A stretch of DNA of 53,415 nt from an uncultured Candidatus Saccharibacteria bacterium. Its GTDB lineage: Bacteria; Patescibacteriota; Saccharimonadia; Saccharimonadales; Saccharimonadaceae. The position numbers were made by a program, and so were the translations under genes. Numbering within the stretch: the first letter of the stretch is position 1; every line of letters starts with the position of its first letter. The notes below the pieces were generated by a model. It searched no databases. It worked only from the letters and a program-made list of their open reading frames with translations, and had not been told where the DNA came from. The DNA is taken from positions 1 through 53,415 of the forward strand of contig CAZMWH010000001.1 of NCBI GenBank assembly GCA_964570115.1. Reading direction: 5' to 3'. This document shows positions 38,378 to 46,747 of the stretch, one piece after another.

Positions 38378-39534
38378 CTTGCGATTTTCTCCATTTTTTC
38401 AATCACCTTGTCAATATCTTCCGGTCGATTATGATACCCTAAAGAAAAGCGGATTAACGGCGGGAACTTCCTAACTTTGTCGAGATAATAATGCGCGCAA
38501 AAATATCCTGTCCTCGCCATAATCTTCTCGTCTCCGAGCGCCGACCCAATCAAATGCGAATCTAGCCCCTCAATATAAAAACTCATCGTTGGGTTTGCTT
38601 CTTCGTTGACTAAATGTATCTTTTCTGAACTCTTTAAAAACTCATATAATCTCGTATAATTTTCCTCGAGATTTTTATGTTCTTTTTTTGATAAACTAGA
38701 AACCCAATCCAGCGCCTCTCCTAGCGCAATAATCTCCCCCCAGGCTTGCAACCCCGACTCAAACTTCGTATAAATATGCTCCGGATTTTCCGCCGACAAT
38801 AAATAACCCTCCTTCGTAACGTCGTCAACCATTCCTCCCCCAATAAAACTCGTCTCAATTTTCGGGAGCAAATCCCTTCGCGCGATTATTCCCCCTAAGC
38901 TCGGCGCGTAAAGCTTGTGCGCCGAAAAGAAAATCGCGTCCGGCTCTTGTTTGTATAAAATTTCCGGACTATGTGCCATCGCTTGTGCCGCGTCAATTAA
39001 AACAACCCCCCCCGCCTTGTGAACTTTCGAAATTAACTCCTTAATGTTTAAAAGTTTTCTTCCGTCAAAGTTTCCCGCGCAGTTCAAAACCACCACCGCC
39101 CGAGAAAAATCCGTATCTAGCGGAACTGACCCGTCATGGTTTCGAGAAATAACCTCTCTTTCTAAACCATATTTTTTCGCATAAGCCAATGTTGCTAAAA
39201 ACGGGGAATTATGTTCTATGTCTGTTGTAATTATGCGAGAAAAATTAGAATAGTCAAGTTGACTAAGAATTAGATTTATTCCATAAGTAGTGTTCAAGGT
39301 AAACGAAACAAAATAATCTTTCGCTTTTAATTTTAGATATTTTAAAACTTTCTTTCTCGTCGCCTCAACGCGCCTATCCGTCTCAATTCCCCACGGATAT
39401 TTAACGCGCTCCCCACACGAGTTAAACTTCGTATAATATTCTTCTAACGCGTCAATAACCGGTCGCGGTCTTAACGACTGACAAGCTGAATCGAGGTAAA
39501 CTTCGCCCTCGCCTAGATAATCAAAATCTTCCAT
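38374..39534 (-). CDS. Cysteine desulfurase-like PLP enzyme (SufS/CsdA group)
   Basis: YLDSAC, EHNS, DAAQA, FSAHK, RTGYFCAH. Confidence 0.85.
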   Translation of the reverse strand: MEDFDYLGEGEVYLDSACQSLRPRPVIDALEEYYTKFNSCGERVKYPWGIETDRRVEATRKKVLKYLKLKAKDYFVSFTLNTTYGINLILSQLDYSNFSRIITTDIEHNSPFLATLAYAKKYGLEREVISRNHDGSVPLDTDFSRAVVVLNCAGNFDGRKLLNIKELISKVHKAGGVVLIDAAQAMAHSPEILYKQEPDAIFFSAHKLYAPSLGGIIARRDLLPKIETSFIGGGMVDDVTKEGYLLSAENPEHIYTKFESGLQAWGEIIALGEALDWVSSLSKKEHKNLEENYTRLYEFLKSSEKIHLVNEEANPTMSFYIEGLDSHLIGSALGDEKIMARTGYFCAHYYLDKVRKFPPLIRFSLGYHNRPEDIDKVIEKMEKIAR

Positions 39535-39583
39535 AAAAATATTATATCACTCTCCGCCAAGTTCCCGTGCTATAATAATAAAT

Positions 39584-40648
39584 ATGGTTTGCATTGCTGC
39601 TTTTATTATCCTCGCCCTCGTCGGAATTATCGTCGCCTTTATTTCTATCTTTAAAAAAGAAATCGGCGTCGCCTACTGGAAAGCTTTTAAAAAGGCTTGG
39701 GGTTGCGTCTGGAAAAAAGTTCGCCTCCAAAAATGCGAGACAAATTTCAAAGACGACGTAAAAAACACCTTACTCAAAAAAATCATCTTAAAAAAACCAG
39801 ACCTCGTTAAACCTCTCTCCGTCGTGATTGAAGTTGTTTCGGTCGTAATTGTCGTCGTTGTCGTCTGGGCGATTTTAACCTCAATCAAATCCCTCCTCGC
39901 TCTCTGGGCGCTCGGAACTTGCAATGTTGACGCCCCCTCCTCTTGTTCTTTAAGCTCCGAAGCTTGTTCCCTCGGCGATGAGAGCGAAGAAAAATCCGTC
40001 TTCGAAAAATTCGGTCGCTGGTTTACGGAATGGGGCGATATCTTCGCCGCCGTCCCCGACGCGCTAAAATCCTGGAACGCCGAAGATTATAAGACCTCCC
40101 CCTTTCTTCTCGCCGGAAAGTCTGCCCCCGAGGAAGGGAAGCCTTATGCCGTCGATATTCTCGACCCCGGCTGCTCCGCTTGTCTCCAGTCCTATAAAAA
40201 CCAGCTCTCCTCCGGCTTCTTCGCCGACAACAACACTATCATCTTACTCTACCCAATCGAAATCTCCGCGGGGAATTATAAGTTCTCCAATTCTAACCTA
40301 ATCTCTCGCGTAATCTACGCAACAAAGTTCCTCGAACAAGAAAACAATTACGGCGAAAAACTTCTCGAAAAAATCTTTACCGAAAAAACCGAAGATGGCG
40401 TTCTCCTCCAATCTTTCCTCAACACCGCCGATTCTGAAACCGCCGAAAAAACCTTAAAAACCTCGCTAAAAGACCTCGGTGCCTCCGAAGAAGAAGTTAA
40501 AAAAATCTTCGAGTTAAAAGATTCCGACTCTGTCTCGGCTCTTCTCTCTAGCGTTAAAGAAATTGCCGAAGAAAAAGTCCATATCAAAGGTATCCCGACC
40601 TTAGTCTACGGCGGGAGAAAACATCTCGGTCGCTATGAAATTAAATAA
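39584..40648 (+). CDS. Membrane protein with thioredoxin/DsbA-like domain
   Basis: N-terminal TM segments, CSAC (CxxC) motif, C-terminal GIPT loop. Confidence 0.65.
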   Translation: MVCIAAFIILALVGIIVAFISIFKKEIGVAYWKAFKKAWGCVWKKVRLQKCETNFKDDVKNTLLKKIILKKPDLVKPLSVVIEVVSVVIVVVVVWAILTSIKSLLALWALGTCNVDAPSSCSLSSEACSLGDESEEKSVFEKFGRWFTEWGDIFAAVPDALKSWNAEDYKTSPFLLAGKSAPEEGKPYAVDILDPGCSACLQSYKNQLSSGFFADNNTIILLYPIEISAGNYKFSNSNLISRVIYATKFLEQENNYGEKLLEKIFTEKTEDGVLLQSFLNTADSETAEKTLKTSLKDLGASEEEVKKIFELKDSDSVSALLSSVKEIAEEKVHIKGIPTLVYGGRKHLGRYEIK

Positions 40649-41180
40649 GTCTAAGATTTTTCTCTTTCTTCCCCTCTTCCTTGCTCTTTTTGTTGCAACC
40701 CCTCTTTCAGCTTTCGCCGACGAGCCCGAAATCTCCGAATTTGAAGTCTCAAAAGAAAAAATCGCGCGAATTACTCAATACTGCGAAACCATCAAATCTA
40801 ATTTTAAACGTCTCGCCGTCTCCGATTCAAAAACCCGAACTTATTATGGCGGGATTTATGAAACCGTCTCCTCAAAATACATTACCCCCCTCAACCTCCG
40901 CCTCATTAAAAACAACTATTCCCTTTCTGACTTTATCGAACTCCAATCTTCCTTTATCTCCGCCCGCTCAAAGTTCTCCTCCGATTTTATTGACTATTCT
41001 AAATCCCTCGAAGAACTCTCCGTCTTTGATTGTAAAAATAATCCCAGCGAGTTTTATGAAAAGCTAAACCAGACTAGGGAAAAGCGCGCCGTCTTAAGAA
41101 CCGATATCGAAACCTTAAACTCCCTCTTTAAAACCCACGTCTCTCTCGTTAAAGATTTGAAAGGCTCGCTCAATGATTAG
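40635..41180 (+). CDS. Secreted helical hypothetical protein
   Basis: Signal peptide ending SAFA; overlaps neighbours. Confidence 0.7.
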   Translation: MKLNKSKIFLFLPLFLALFVATPLSAFADEPEISEFEVSKEKIARITQYCETIKSNFKRLAVSDSKTRTYYGGIYETVSSKYITPLNLRLIKNNYSLSDFIELQSSFISARSKFSSDFIDYSKSLEELSVFDCKNNPSEFYEKLNQTREKRAVLRTDIETLNSLFKTHVSLVKDLKGSLND

Positions 41181-41529
41181 AAAAAATAAACCAGAAAAGT
41201 TCTCTTCCGGCGCAAAAAATCTAATTCTCCTCGGCGTCGGCTCGACCCTAATCGCAACCGTCACTACCGCCGTTTCCCTCTTCCTCTATCACGATTCCGG
41301 CGACATCTACCTCGACCGTTCCCGCCCCGGCTTCCTCCCCGACGAAAAGGAAACTAAAGAAGAAATAGACGAAAACAAAGATTACTCGTTCCCGGATTCC
41401 GGCTCCATAACCGAAAAAGACCTCGACGAATATCTAAAAAACCTTGACCTCGAGTTTAAGCGCATCGAGTCCTATTCCGCCGATCCGTTCTCGCTCGATT
41501 CTCTTTCCGACGAATCCCTCGGGCTTTAA
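41173..41529 (+). CDS. Single-TM hypothetical protein
   Basis: One hydrophobic segment, LDRSRPG, acidic tail. Confidence 0.7.
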   Translation: MIRKNKPEKFSSGAKNLILLGVGSTLIATVTTAVSLFLYHDSGDIYLDRSRPGFLPDEKETKEEIDENKDYSFPDSGSITEKDLDEYLKNLDLEFKRIESYSADPFSLDSLSDESLGL

Positions 41530-41533
41530 TTCC

Positions 41534-42775
41534 TTAAACTTCCCCGAACTTCTCCCTAATCCACCCGTCCCCTGGACCTGCCGTCATCAAAATAACTAAA
41601 TAATTCTCGCTCAAATATCTTTTTAGCTTTTCTTCTAGCTTCTCGTTAAACTCCGCCACCTCCCCGACCTCTTTATTCTCCAAACTCTCGATAAACTCTT
41701 CCGGCTTTATGACCCTAAGGTTCGGGTCTTCCCGAACGAGGTATGTCGGCGTCCAAAACAACCTCTCTACCCCTAAAAACGCTTTTTTATATCCATTAAA
41801 AACCTCGTGTTGTCGAATGTTTTGATGCGGCTCATAAACCACGACTACTCCCCGCTTCCCTAGAGTTTCCGCTTCTTCCTTTGCAACTTCAATCGTCGCC
41901 TCTATCTCCTCCGGATGATGCGCATAATCCGAATAAACCCCCTCCGCTATTTTCTCAAATCTCCTCCCAACCCCCGGGAACCCATTCACAATCCTGACTA
42001 ACTCTTTCTCGGAAACTTCTTCGCCTCTCTTAAGGTCTTTAACAATTTCTAAAACCGCCTTTACCGCAAGCGAACAATCATATTTTCGAACTTCCCCCGC
42101 GACCGTAATCCCCTTAATCGTTTTTATATTGGTAATTGTTTTTCTGCTTTGGCGAACAAATTGCGCAAACGCTTCTTTGTATTCCTCTTCGGTTTTATAA
42201 ATGTCTGGGTGGTCATAAGTTACGCTCGCAATAACCGCTAGAAACGGATGGTAATATAAAAAGTTTCGGTCATATTCGTCCGCCTCATAAATCAAATATT
42301 TTGAGCCTCGATTATATTTCCCCGCCTCCTCAAACCCCAGCGTCGTCCCAACCAACCAAGAAACCGGAAGCCCGAGTTTTAAGCTCAAGAAAACTGTCGC
42401 CGCGGTTGTCGTCGTCTTTCCGTGCGTCCCCGCGACCGCTATCATCTTTAGCCCTAACTTCTTAACCAAAAACTCAATCAACTCGTCTCGCTTAGAAGTT
42501 TTTAACCCTATTTTTTTTGCCAATAAAAGTTCCGGATGAGTTTTTGCTAACGCCGATGTATAAACAAACCAATCTACCCCTTCCCCCTCAACTTTTTTCT
42601 CTAAAAATTTTCCGTCCTGCTCGCCAATAAAAACTTCAATCCCCCTCTTCCTTAATTCTCTCGTAACCGCCCCCTCGTTTTTATCAGAGCCAAAAACCCT
42701 AAATCCCGCCTCTTTCGCCATCATCGCTAAGGGACCCATTGCTGTTCCAGAAATTCCAGAAATATAAATATTCAT
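41534..42775 (-). CDS. murC: UDP-N-acetylmuramate-alanine ligase family (MurC/Mpl)
   Basis: GISGTAMGPLA, AVAGTHGKTTTT, EADEYD, DHPD, GVGRRFE, DYAHHPEEI. Confidence 0.85.
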   Translation of the reverse strand: MNIYISGISGTAMGPLAMMAKEAGFRVFGSDKNEGAVTRELRKRGIEVFIGEQDGKFLEKKVEGEGVDWFVYTSALAKTHPELLLAKKIGLKTSKRDELIEFLVKKLGLKMIAVAGTHGKTTTTAATVFLSLKLGLPVSWLVGTTLGFEEAGKYNRGSKYLIYEADEYDRNFLYYHPFLAVIASVTYDHPDIYKTEEEYKEAFAQFVRQSRKTITNIKTIKGITVAGEVRKYDCSLAVKAVLEIVKDLKRGEEVSEKELVRIVNGFPGVGRRFEKIAEGVYSDYAHHPEEIEATIEVAKEEAETLGKRGVVVVYEPHQNIRQHEVFNGYKKAFLGVERLFWTPTYLVREDPNLRVIKPEEFIESLENKEVGEVAEFNEKLEEKLKRYLSENYLVILMTAGPGDGWIREKFGEV

Positions 42776-42798
42776 ATATGTTATAATTATAGCAGGTT

Positions 42799-43482
42799 AT
42801 GGTGGGTAGGAAGAAAAAATCTCTAAAACTAAAAACTTGGCAGTTAATTTTGATACTTATTCCGCTCCTCTTTTTGTTGGCAACTTTTCTCCGCCTCGAC
42901 CATCTAAAAATGGTCTCTCTCCGCTCCGAAGTTCTCGAACTCGACAAAGAAGGAGACGAAGAAAAAATCGTCGAAAAACTCAACGAACTAAAAGCCTTTA
43001 CAACCAGCAACATCATCATCAACATCACTGAAAAAAACGGTCTCTCTAAAGTTTCTTTCGGAACCGGCGCCTTCTATCTCGAAAATTCATACCTTAAAGC
43101 TGCTGCCGTGGCAATAAAAAAAGCGGAAGAGACCGCAACCGTTGACGATTCAAATCCCAACGGTAATATCTACGCCAAGGCTTCCGCCGTCTGTCGCCCT
43201 CTCGCCATAAAAAACGGCTGGACCTGGGATAGCTCCGAATATATCTCCTGTTTTACGGAAGAACTCTCAAAATACCCTGCCCTCGAAAACTCTAACGATG
43301 TCTTTCTTGCGGAGATTCCTTCGACTGAGCTTTTTCGCTATGATTTTTCTTCTCCAGTTTGGGCGCCAACGCTTTCCGGCTTCATCATCCTCATAATCCT
43401 TGCGCTAAGTGTTGTAATTTTTATACGTTTCCTTATCTGGCTTATCCTTGAAATTAGCTTAATCTTAATAAAAAAGCTCTAA
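42799..43482 (+). CDS. Hypothetical protein with N- and C-terminal TM helices
   Basis: Two hydrophobic segments flanking a soluble domain with a Cys pair. Confidence 0.7.
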   Translation: MVGRKKKSLKLKTWQLILILIPLLFLLATFLRLDHLKMVSLRSEVLELDKEGDEEKIVEKLNELKAFTTSNIIINITEKNGLSKVSFGTGAFYLENSYLKAAAVAIKKAEETATVDDSNPNGNIYAKASAVCRPLAIKNGWTWDSSEYISCFTEELSKYPALENSNDVFLAEIPSTELFRYDFSSPVWAPTLSGFIILIILALSVVIFIRFLIWLILEISLILIKKL

Positions 43483-43549
43483 AACCCCTTGACTTCTTTC
43501 TACTGGGGTCATAAGATAAAAGTACAATAACTTAAGGAGGATTAAGCTA

Positions 43550-43756
43550 ATGGCTTATGAACATACCAACAGCAAAGGCGTAAAATATTACCTACATAAA
43601 TCCGAAGTTACGCTCCGCGGTGGAAAGCCCCAGACCATTTATTTCTTTACTAAAGACGAAAAAGGCGGAAAAGGAACTCCTTGCGATCTTCCTGCCGACC
43701 GTGAAGTTAACGAGAACCCCCGCAACGGTTTCTTGACTCTAAAGAAAAAGGCTTAA
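43550..43756 (+). CDS. 68-aa basic hypothetical protein, monocistronic
   Basis: TTGACT-17-TAAGAT promoter, AAGGAGG SD, downstream terminator. Confidence 0.85.
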   Translation: MAYEHTNSKGVKYYLHKSEVTLRGGKPQTIYFFTKDEKGGKGTPCDLPADREVNENPRNGFLTLKKKA

Positions 43757-43762
43757 TATTTT

Positions 43763-43805
43763 AAAAATCCGTTTTCCCTAGGCCTTTGTGGAAAGCGGAT
43801 TTTTT
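43763..43805 (+). terminator. Intrinsic terminator
   Basis: AAAAATCCGTTTTCC ... GGAAAGCGGATTTTT. Confidence 0.75.
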
Positions 43806-43828
43806 GTGTTATAATATATTATATGGTC

Positions 43829-43904
43829 GGGGGCGTAGCTCAGGGGTTAGAGCAGTCGGCTCATAACCGATTGGTCGATGGTTCGAACCCATCCGCCCCC
43901 ACCA
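43829..43904 (+). tRNA. tRNA with CAT anticodon, most likely tRNA-Ile2 (lysidine type)
   Basis: GGGGGCG/CGCCCCC acceptor, TAGCTCAG..GGTTAGAGC D-arm, GTCGG-CTCATAA-CCGAT anticodon arm, GGTTCGAAC T-loop, encoded ACCA; paired 1-72 argues against initiator. Confidence 0.93.
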
Positions 43905-45468
43905 AGTCGGGATTATTATGTGCTATTAGCACGTCAAACGGCTCCTTCAATCTGTAAGTGAGCCGTTTTTCGTTGTCAATTGTGAGGTTCAAAAAGATTT
44001 TTCGAGCAATCTGGTCTTTTTGCCACGCGTTGGCATTTCTCATCTTGTCGCCAAGGCTATTTAGCAGGTTCAGAAAATCTTCCTTTGCTATTTTTATGCG
44101 CTCAGGATTTTTTATCTGAGCCTTTAGGTTTGCTATCTCCTCTCGCAGCTCCGATAAGTCGGTAGATATACCCTCAGCCTTCTTCTCCCAGCTCTCTTTG
44201 ACTACTTTACTGCTCGTCTTCAGCATTGCCGTTGTAATCTCGTCAAGCTCTCTATCTTTATTCTTAATCATAGCATTTTTGCTAATTATCTCTCGGTTTA
44301 TCTCGTTGATTTTCTCTTCAGTAACAGTCCCCAGCTCTTCGGCGTATCTTTCGTATGCTGCGTCATCAAACTTCCAACTGTCAAACAATTCGTATATAGT
44401 GTCAAACACATAGCCAGCTTGAACATTTTTGGGACATCTCGGACACTCTGGATTGCGACAAGTAAAATAAAGAATGTAGCCACTCTTATCTCTAGGCATA
44501 CTTCTATTGACAGACATAGGTCTTGCATCATTACAAACTCCACAATAAACCATACCGACTAGTGGCTTGAATATCCTAGATCTTGCGCTACCGTCTCTGC
44601 CATATTTCTTTTTATATGCGTAGCCCACATTTTGAGCGGCGTCATATTCTTCTTGCGTAATCATGGGCTGAAAATCGTAGTGTTCGGATAAATGCGTTTC
44701 TTTTCCGCCCTGCATGAGTAAACCAAAATAGAACGGATCCTTAAAAATGTTTTCCACTGTAGTTTTAGATATGGTTTTCCTCTCGCCTTTCTCCTTCGTG
44801 GTTCTCGACACGTTTTTAGACTTAAAAAAGTCATAAATTAAGCTACAGCTATTTTTGTCTTCAATTCTCATGCGCCACCCCTCCTTGATGATGTCGAAGT
44901 TCTTATCTGGCCGGTAATGCCCGTCTTTATCTCGCTCATAGCCCCATTTTGGGGTGCCACCAGAAAGCCCCCGCTCTTCTAGGTTCTTGTGAACGCCGCG
45001 CGTAACGCGCTCCGATAACGAATCTGAATATTGCTTCGAGAAAACAAATAGCATCCCAAGCATCATCTTCCCGCTAGCATTATTCTCGAAAGCGTGGCGG
45101 ACGAATTGTAAGTCTTTAATGACGCCATTATCAAGATAGTCGATTATCTGTCCCGCCTCAAGCATATTGCGCGATAAGCGGTCTGGATGCCACGCCAAAA
45201 TACCGTCATATTTACCAGACTTTAACTCTTTCATCATCCGCTTGAACTCTGGGCGGTTGTCGGCGATTTTTGCCGACTTCTTTTCTTCAATAGTCTCGGC
45301 TATCTTAAGCCCCTTCTCTTTGGCGTAAGCCAGACAGTCGGACTTCTGGTCTTCGATAGAATGTTTTTGTCCCACTTCATCTTCGGAGGACTTTCGGAGA
45401 TACATAACATATTTAAGCTTTGTTATGTCTAATTTTTCTTCTCCTTCCATCTGGCTCAATTTTACCAT
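43861..45468 (-). CDS. Large serine recombinase (resolvase + recombinase + Zn ribbon/coiled coil)
   Basis: YLRKSS (catalytic Ser), SAK..NRPEF, DRLSRN, CGVC...CRNPEC; start could be ATG 45450. Confidence 0.93.
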   Translation of the reverse strand: MVKLSQMEGEEKLDITKLKYVMYLRKSSEDEVGQKHSIEDQKSDCLAYAKEKGLKIAETIEEKKSAKIADNRPEFKRMMKELKSGKYDGILAWHPDRLSRNMLEAGQIIDYLDNGVIKDLQFVRHAFENNASGKMMLGMLFVFSKQYSDSLSERVTRGVHKNLEERGLSGGTPKWGYERDKDGHYRPDKNFDIIKEGWRMRIEDKNSCSLIYDFFKSKNVSRTTKEKGERKTISKTTVENIFKDPFYFGLLMQGGKETHLSEHYDFQPMITQEEYDAAQNVGYAYKKKYGRDGSARSRIFKPLVGMVYCGVCNDARPMSVNRSMPRDKSGYILYFTCRNPECPRCPKNVQAGYVFDTIYELFDSWKFDDAAYERYAEELGTVTEEKINEINREIISKNAMIKNKDRELDEITTAMLKTSSKVVKESWEKKAEGISTDLSELREEIANLKAQIKNPERIKIAKEDFLNLLNSLGDKMRNANAWQKDQIARKIFLNLTIDNEKRLTYRLKEPFDVLIAHNNPDLVGADGFEPSTNRL

Positions 45469-45679
45469 CTTTTGGGTGTTTTTTGAAGTATATCCAAGAT
45501 CCGTCTATATCTTCAAAATAGCTAGATTCGTTCATCTTGTCTTTCGTAAGGTCTTCTCTGACGGCCTGTAGAATATCGACAAGCCCAACTAGCCCATCGA
45601 ATAATGTGCTACTAACTCGCTCGCTGTGAATAATAGGGGCGCGCGATTTTTTCTTCGCGTTGATAAGGCTTTTTGTCAT
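45413..45679 (-). CDS. Small hypothetical protein upstream of the recombinase
   Basis: 88-92 aa ORF overlapping the recombinase start; no recognisable motif. Confidence 0.5.
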   Translation of the reverse strand: MTKSLINAKKKSRAPIIHSERVSSTLFDGLVGLVDILQAVREDLTKDKMNESSYFEDIDGSWIYFKKHPKDGKIEPDGRRRKIRHNKA

Positions 45680-45891
45680 GCAATACGCCAATCTACTGCC
45701 GAATAAACTTCGACAGTTGCCGAGTATTTCGAGCTACTCGAACTTAACTATATTGCACCTTGCTCTAGGTACGAAGGCGTCACTCGTAAAACCTTACGGT
45801 TTTAATAAGCTACCTTCATACTGACCTCCTTTCCTTAAACTATGTAGCTTTCCTACCTAGAACGTAACCTTAAAGAACTATAATTATGCTT

Positions 45892-45920
45892 AGTATACTC
45901 TTAAGCGTTAGCACTGTCAA
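45892..45920 (-). promoter_or_regulatory. Sigma70-type promoter reading toward the recombinase
   Basis: Minus strand TTGACA-17 nt-TATACT. Confidence 0.8.
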
Positions 45921-45934
45921 TATGCGAGTGCTAA
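45908..45934. promoter_or_regulatory. CIRCE (HrcA operator)
   Basis: TTAGCACTG-TCAATATGC-GAGTGCTAA vs consensus TTAGCACTC-N9-GAGTGCTAA, 17/18 match. Confidence 0.85.
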
Positions 45935-45955
45935 GCCTAAACACATTCCTGCACA

Positions 45956-45985
45956 TTGACGTGTTACGGGCGGATGCTTTATAAT
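45956..45985 (+). promoter_or_regulatory. Sigma70-type promoter, divergent from the recombinase promoter
   Basis: TTGACG-18 nt-TATAAT. Confidence 0.7.
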
Positions 45986-45990
45986 AAAAT

Positions 45991-46171
45991 AGTCTAGTTC
46001 TATTTGTTTTTACAGTTGGGTCACCCTGCTGGTTTTGCAGATGATTACCCCTAAGTTCAGGCACTATGCCGGATGGGTAATCCCCTCTGTAAAAATGGAA
46101 CTAGACACCACGCATGGTGTCTGATTTAGTTCTAGGCACTAGCATCAACAATAAGAAAGGAGCAGTGCCTA
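45991..46171 (+). ncRNA. Putative structured leader or sRNA
   Basis: GTCTAGTTC..TTTTTACAG pairs with CTGTAAAAA.TGGAACTAGAC; inner GATTACCC/GGGTAATC; AGACACCA/TGGTGTCT; TAGGCACT/AGTGCCTA. Confidence 0.55.
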
Positions 46172-46653
46172 TGGGCGAGCATAATTCAAGCCAACATAGC
46201 AAATCAGAAACAGGACTTCTATCTTCAAAAAGTCCAGTGTTAAAACAAGGGTGGTTTTGGATTCTCTTAGTCGTTGCCATCGGTGAAGCGATTGCAATTT
46301 GTATTCTAGCACTCGGGAAGGCAAATAACAACATCCAAACGCTTGAAGATGGATCAACAATAGAAGGATTCCATGAGGCTGTCTCTGAGGAAGACGGCGA
46401 AGTTTATACAACGCTTAAGGACATTGATGTCAATGGTATGACCGTCAATGAGGCCTGCTCGGTCGCTCGAAAAGCCGGTTGGACTATACGATATGTAGTT
46501 AGCGGCAAAGACTACGTGACTAAAACGGACTGTAGCGATACGAACCATAAAATCATCGATGTTAACTATGGAAAGAAGAAATACTATGAGTTCAACGGAA
46601 AGCGGGAATTACAAAATGACTACGAACAAATTATCTTAATATACGGAGAATAA
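46171..46653 (+). CDS. Membrane-anchored protein with PASTA-like segment
   Basis: AAAGGAG SD then ATG 46171; KSPVLKQGWFW + TM; DVNGMTVNEACSVARKAGW resembles a PASTA helix motif. Confidence 0.65.
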   Translation: MGEHNSSQHSKSETGLLSSKSPVLKQGWFWILLVVAIGEAIAICILALGKANNNIQTLEDGSTIEGFHEAVSEEDGEVYTTLKDIDVNGMTVNEACSVARKAGWTIRYVVSGKDYVTKTDCSDTNHKIIDVNYGKKKYYEFNGKRELQNDYEQIILIYGE

Positions 46654-46660
46654 ACTCATT

Positions 46661-46712
46661 GTCCAGACAACCCTCAGAATGGCTCTAAATGCGTTCTGAG
46701 GGCATTTTGGAC
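46661..46712 (+). terminator. Long hairpin after the membrane-protein gene
   Basis: GTCCAGA..CCCTCAGAATG / CGTTCTGAGGG..TTTGGAC. Confidence 0.55.
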
Positions 46713-46747
46713 TAGTGATTATCCCTGATTCGTGATAGACTGAATAT

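Noticed and set aside
39006-39013. C8 tract (and similar C/A runs) as phase-variation sites
   Set aside because: In frame within intact genes and expected from the C-rich skew.
1524-43031. Many 60-140 aa ORFs nested in or antisense to clear genes
   Set aside because: Shadow frames favoured by the strong strand bias; no start signals or motifs.
43829-43904. Calling the CAT tRNA initiator or elongator Met
   Set aside because: G1-C72 is paired, there are not three consecutive G-C pairs closing the anticodon stem, and the CTCATAA loop context fits Ile2 better; not excluded without a tRNA classifier.
45991-46106. Retron msr-msd, 6S or SRP RNA identity for the structured RNA
   Set aside because: No reverse transcriptase nearby, too short and branched for 6S, lacks the SRP GGAA-loop motif.
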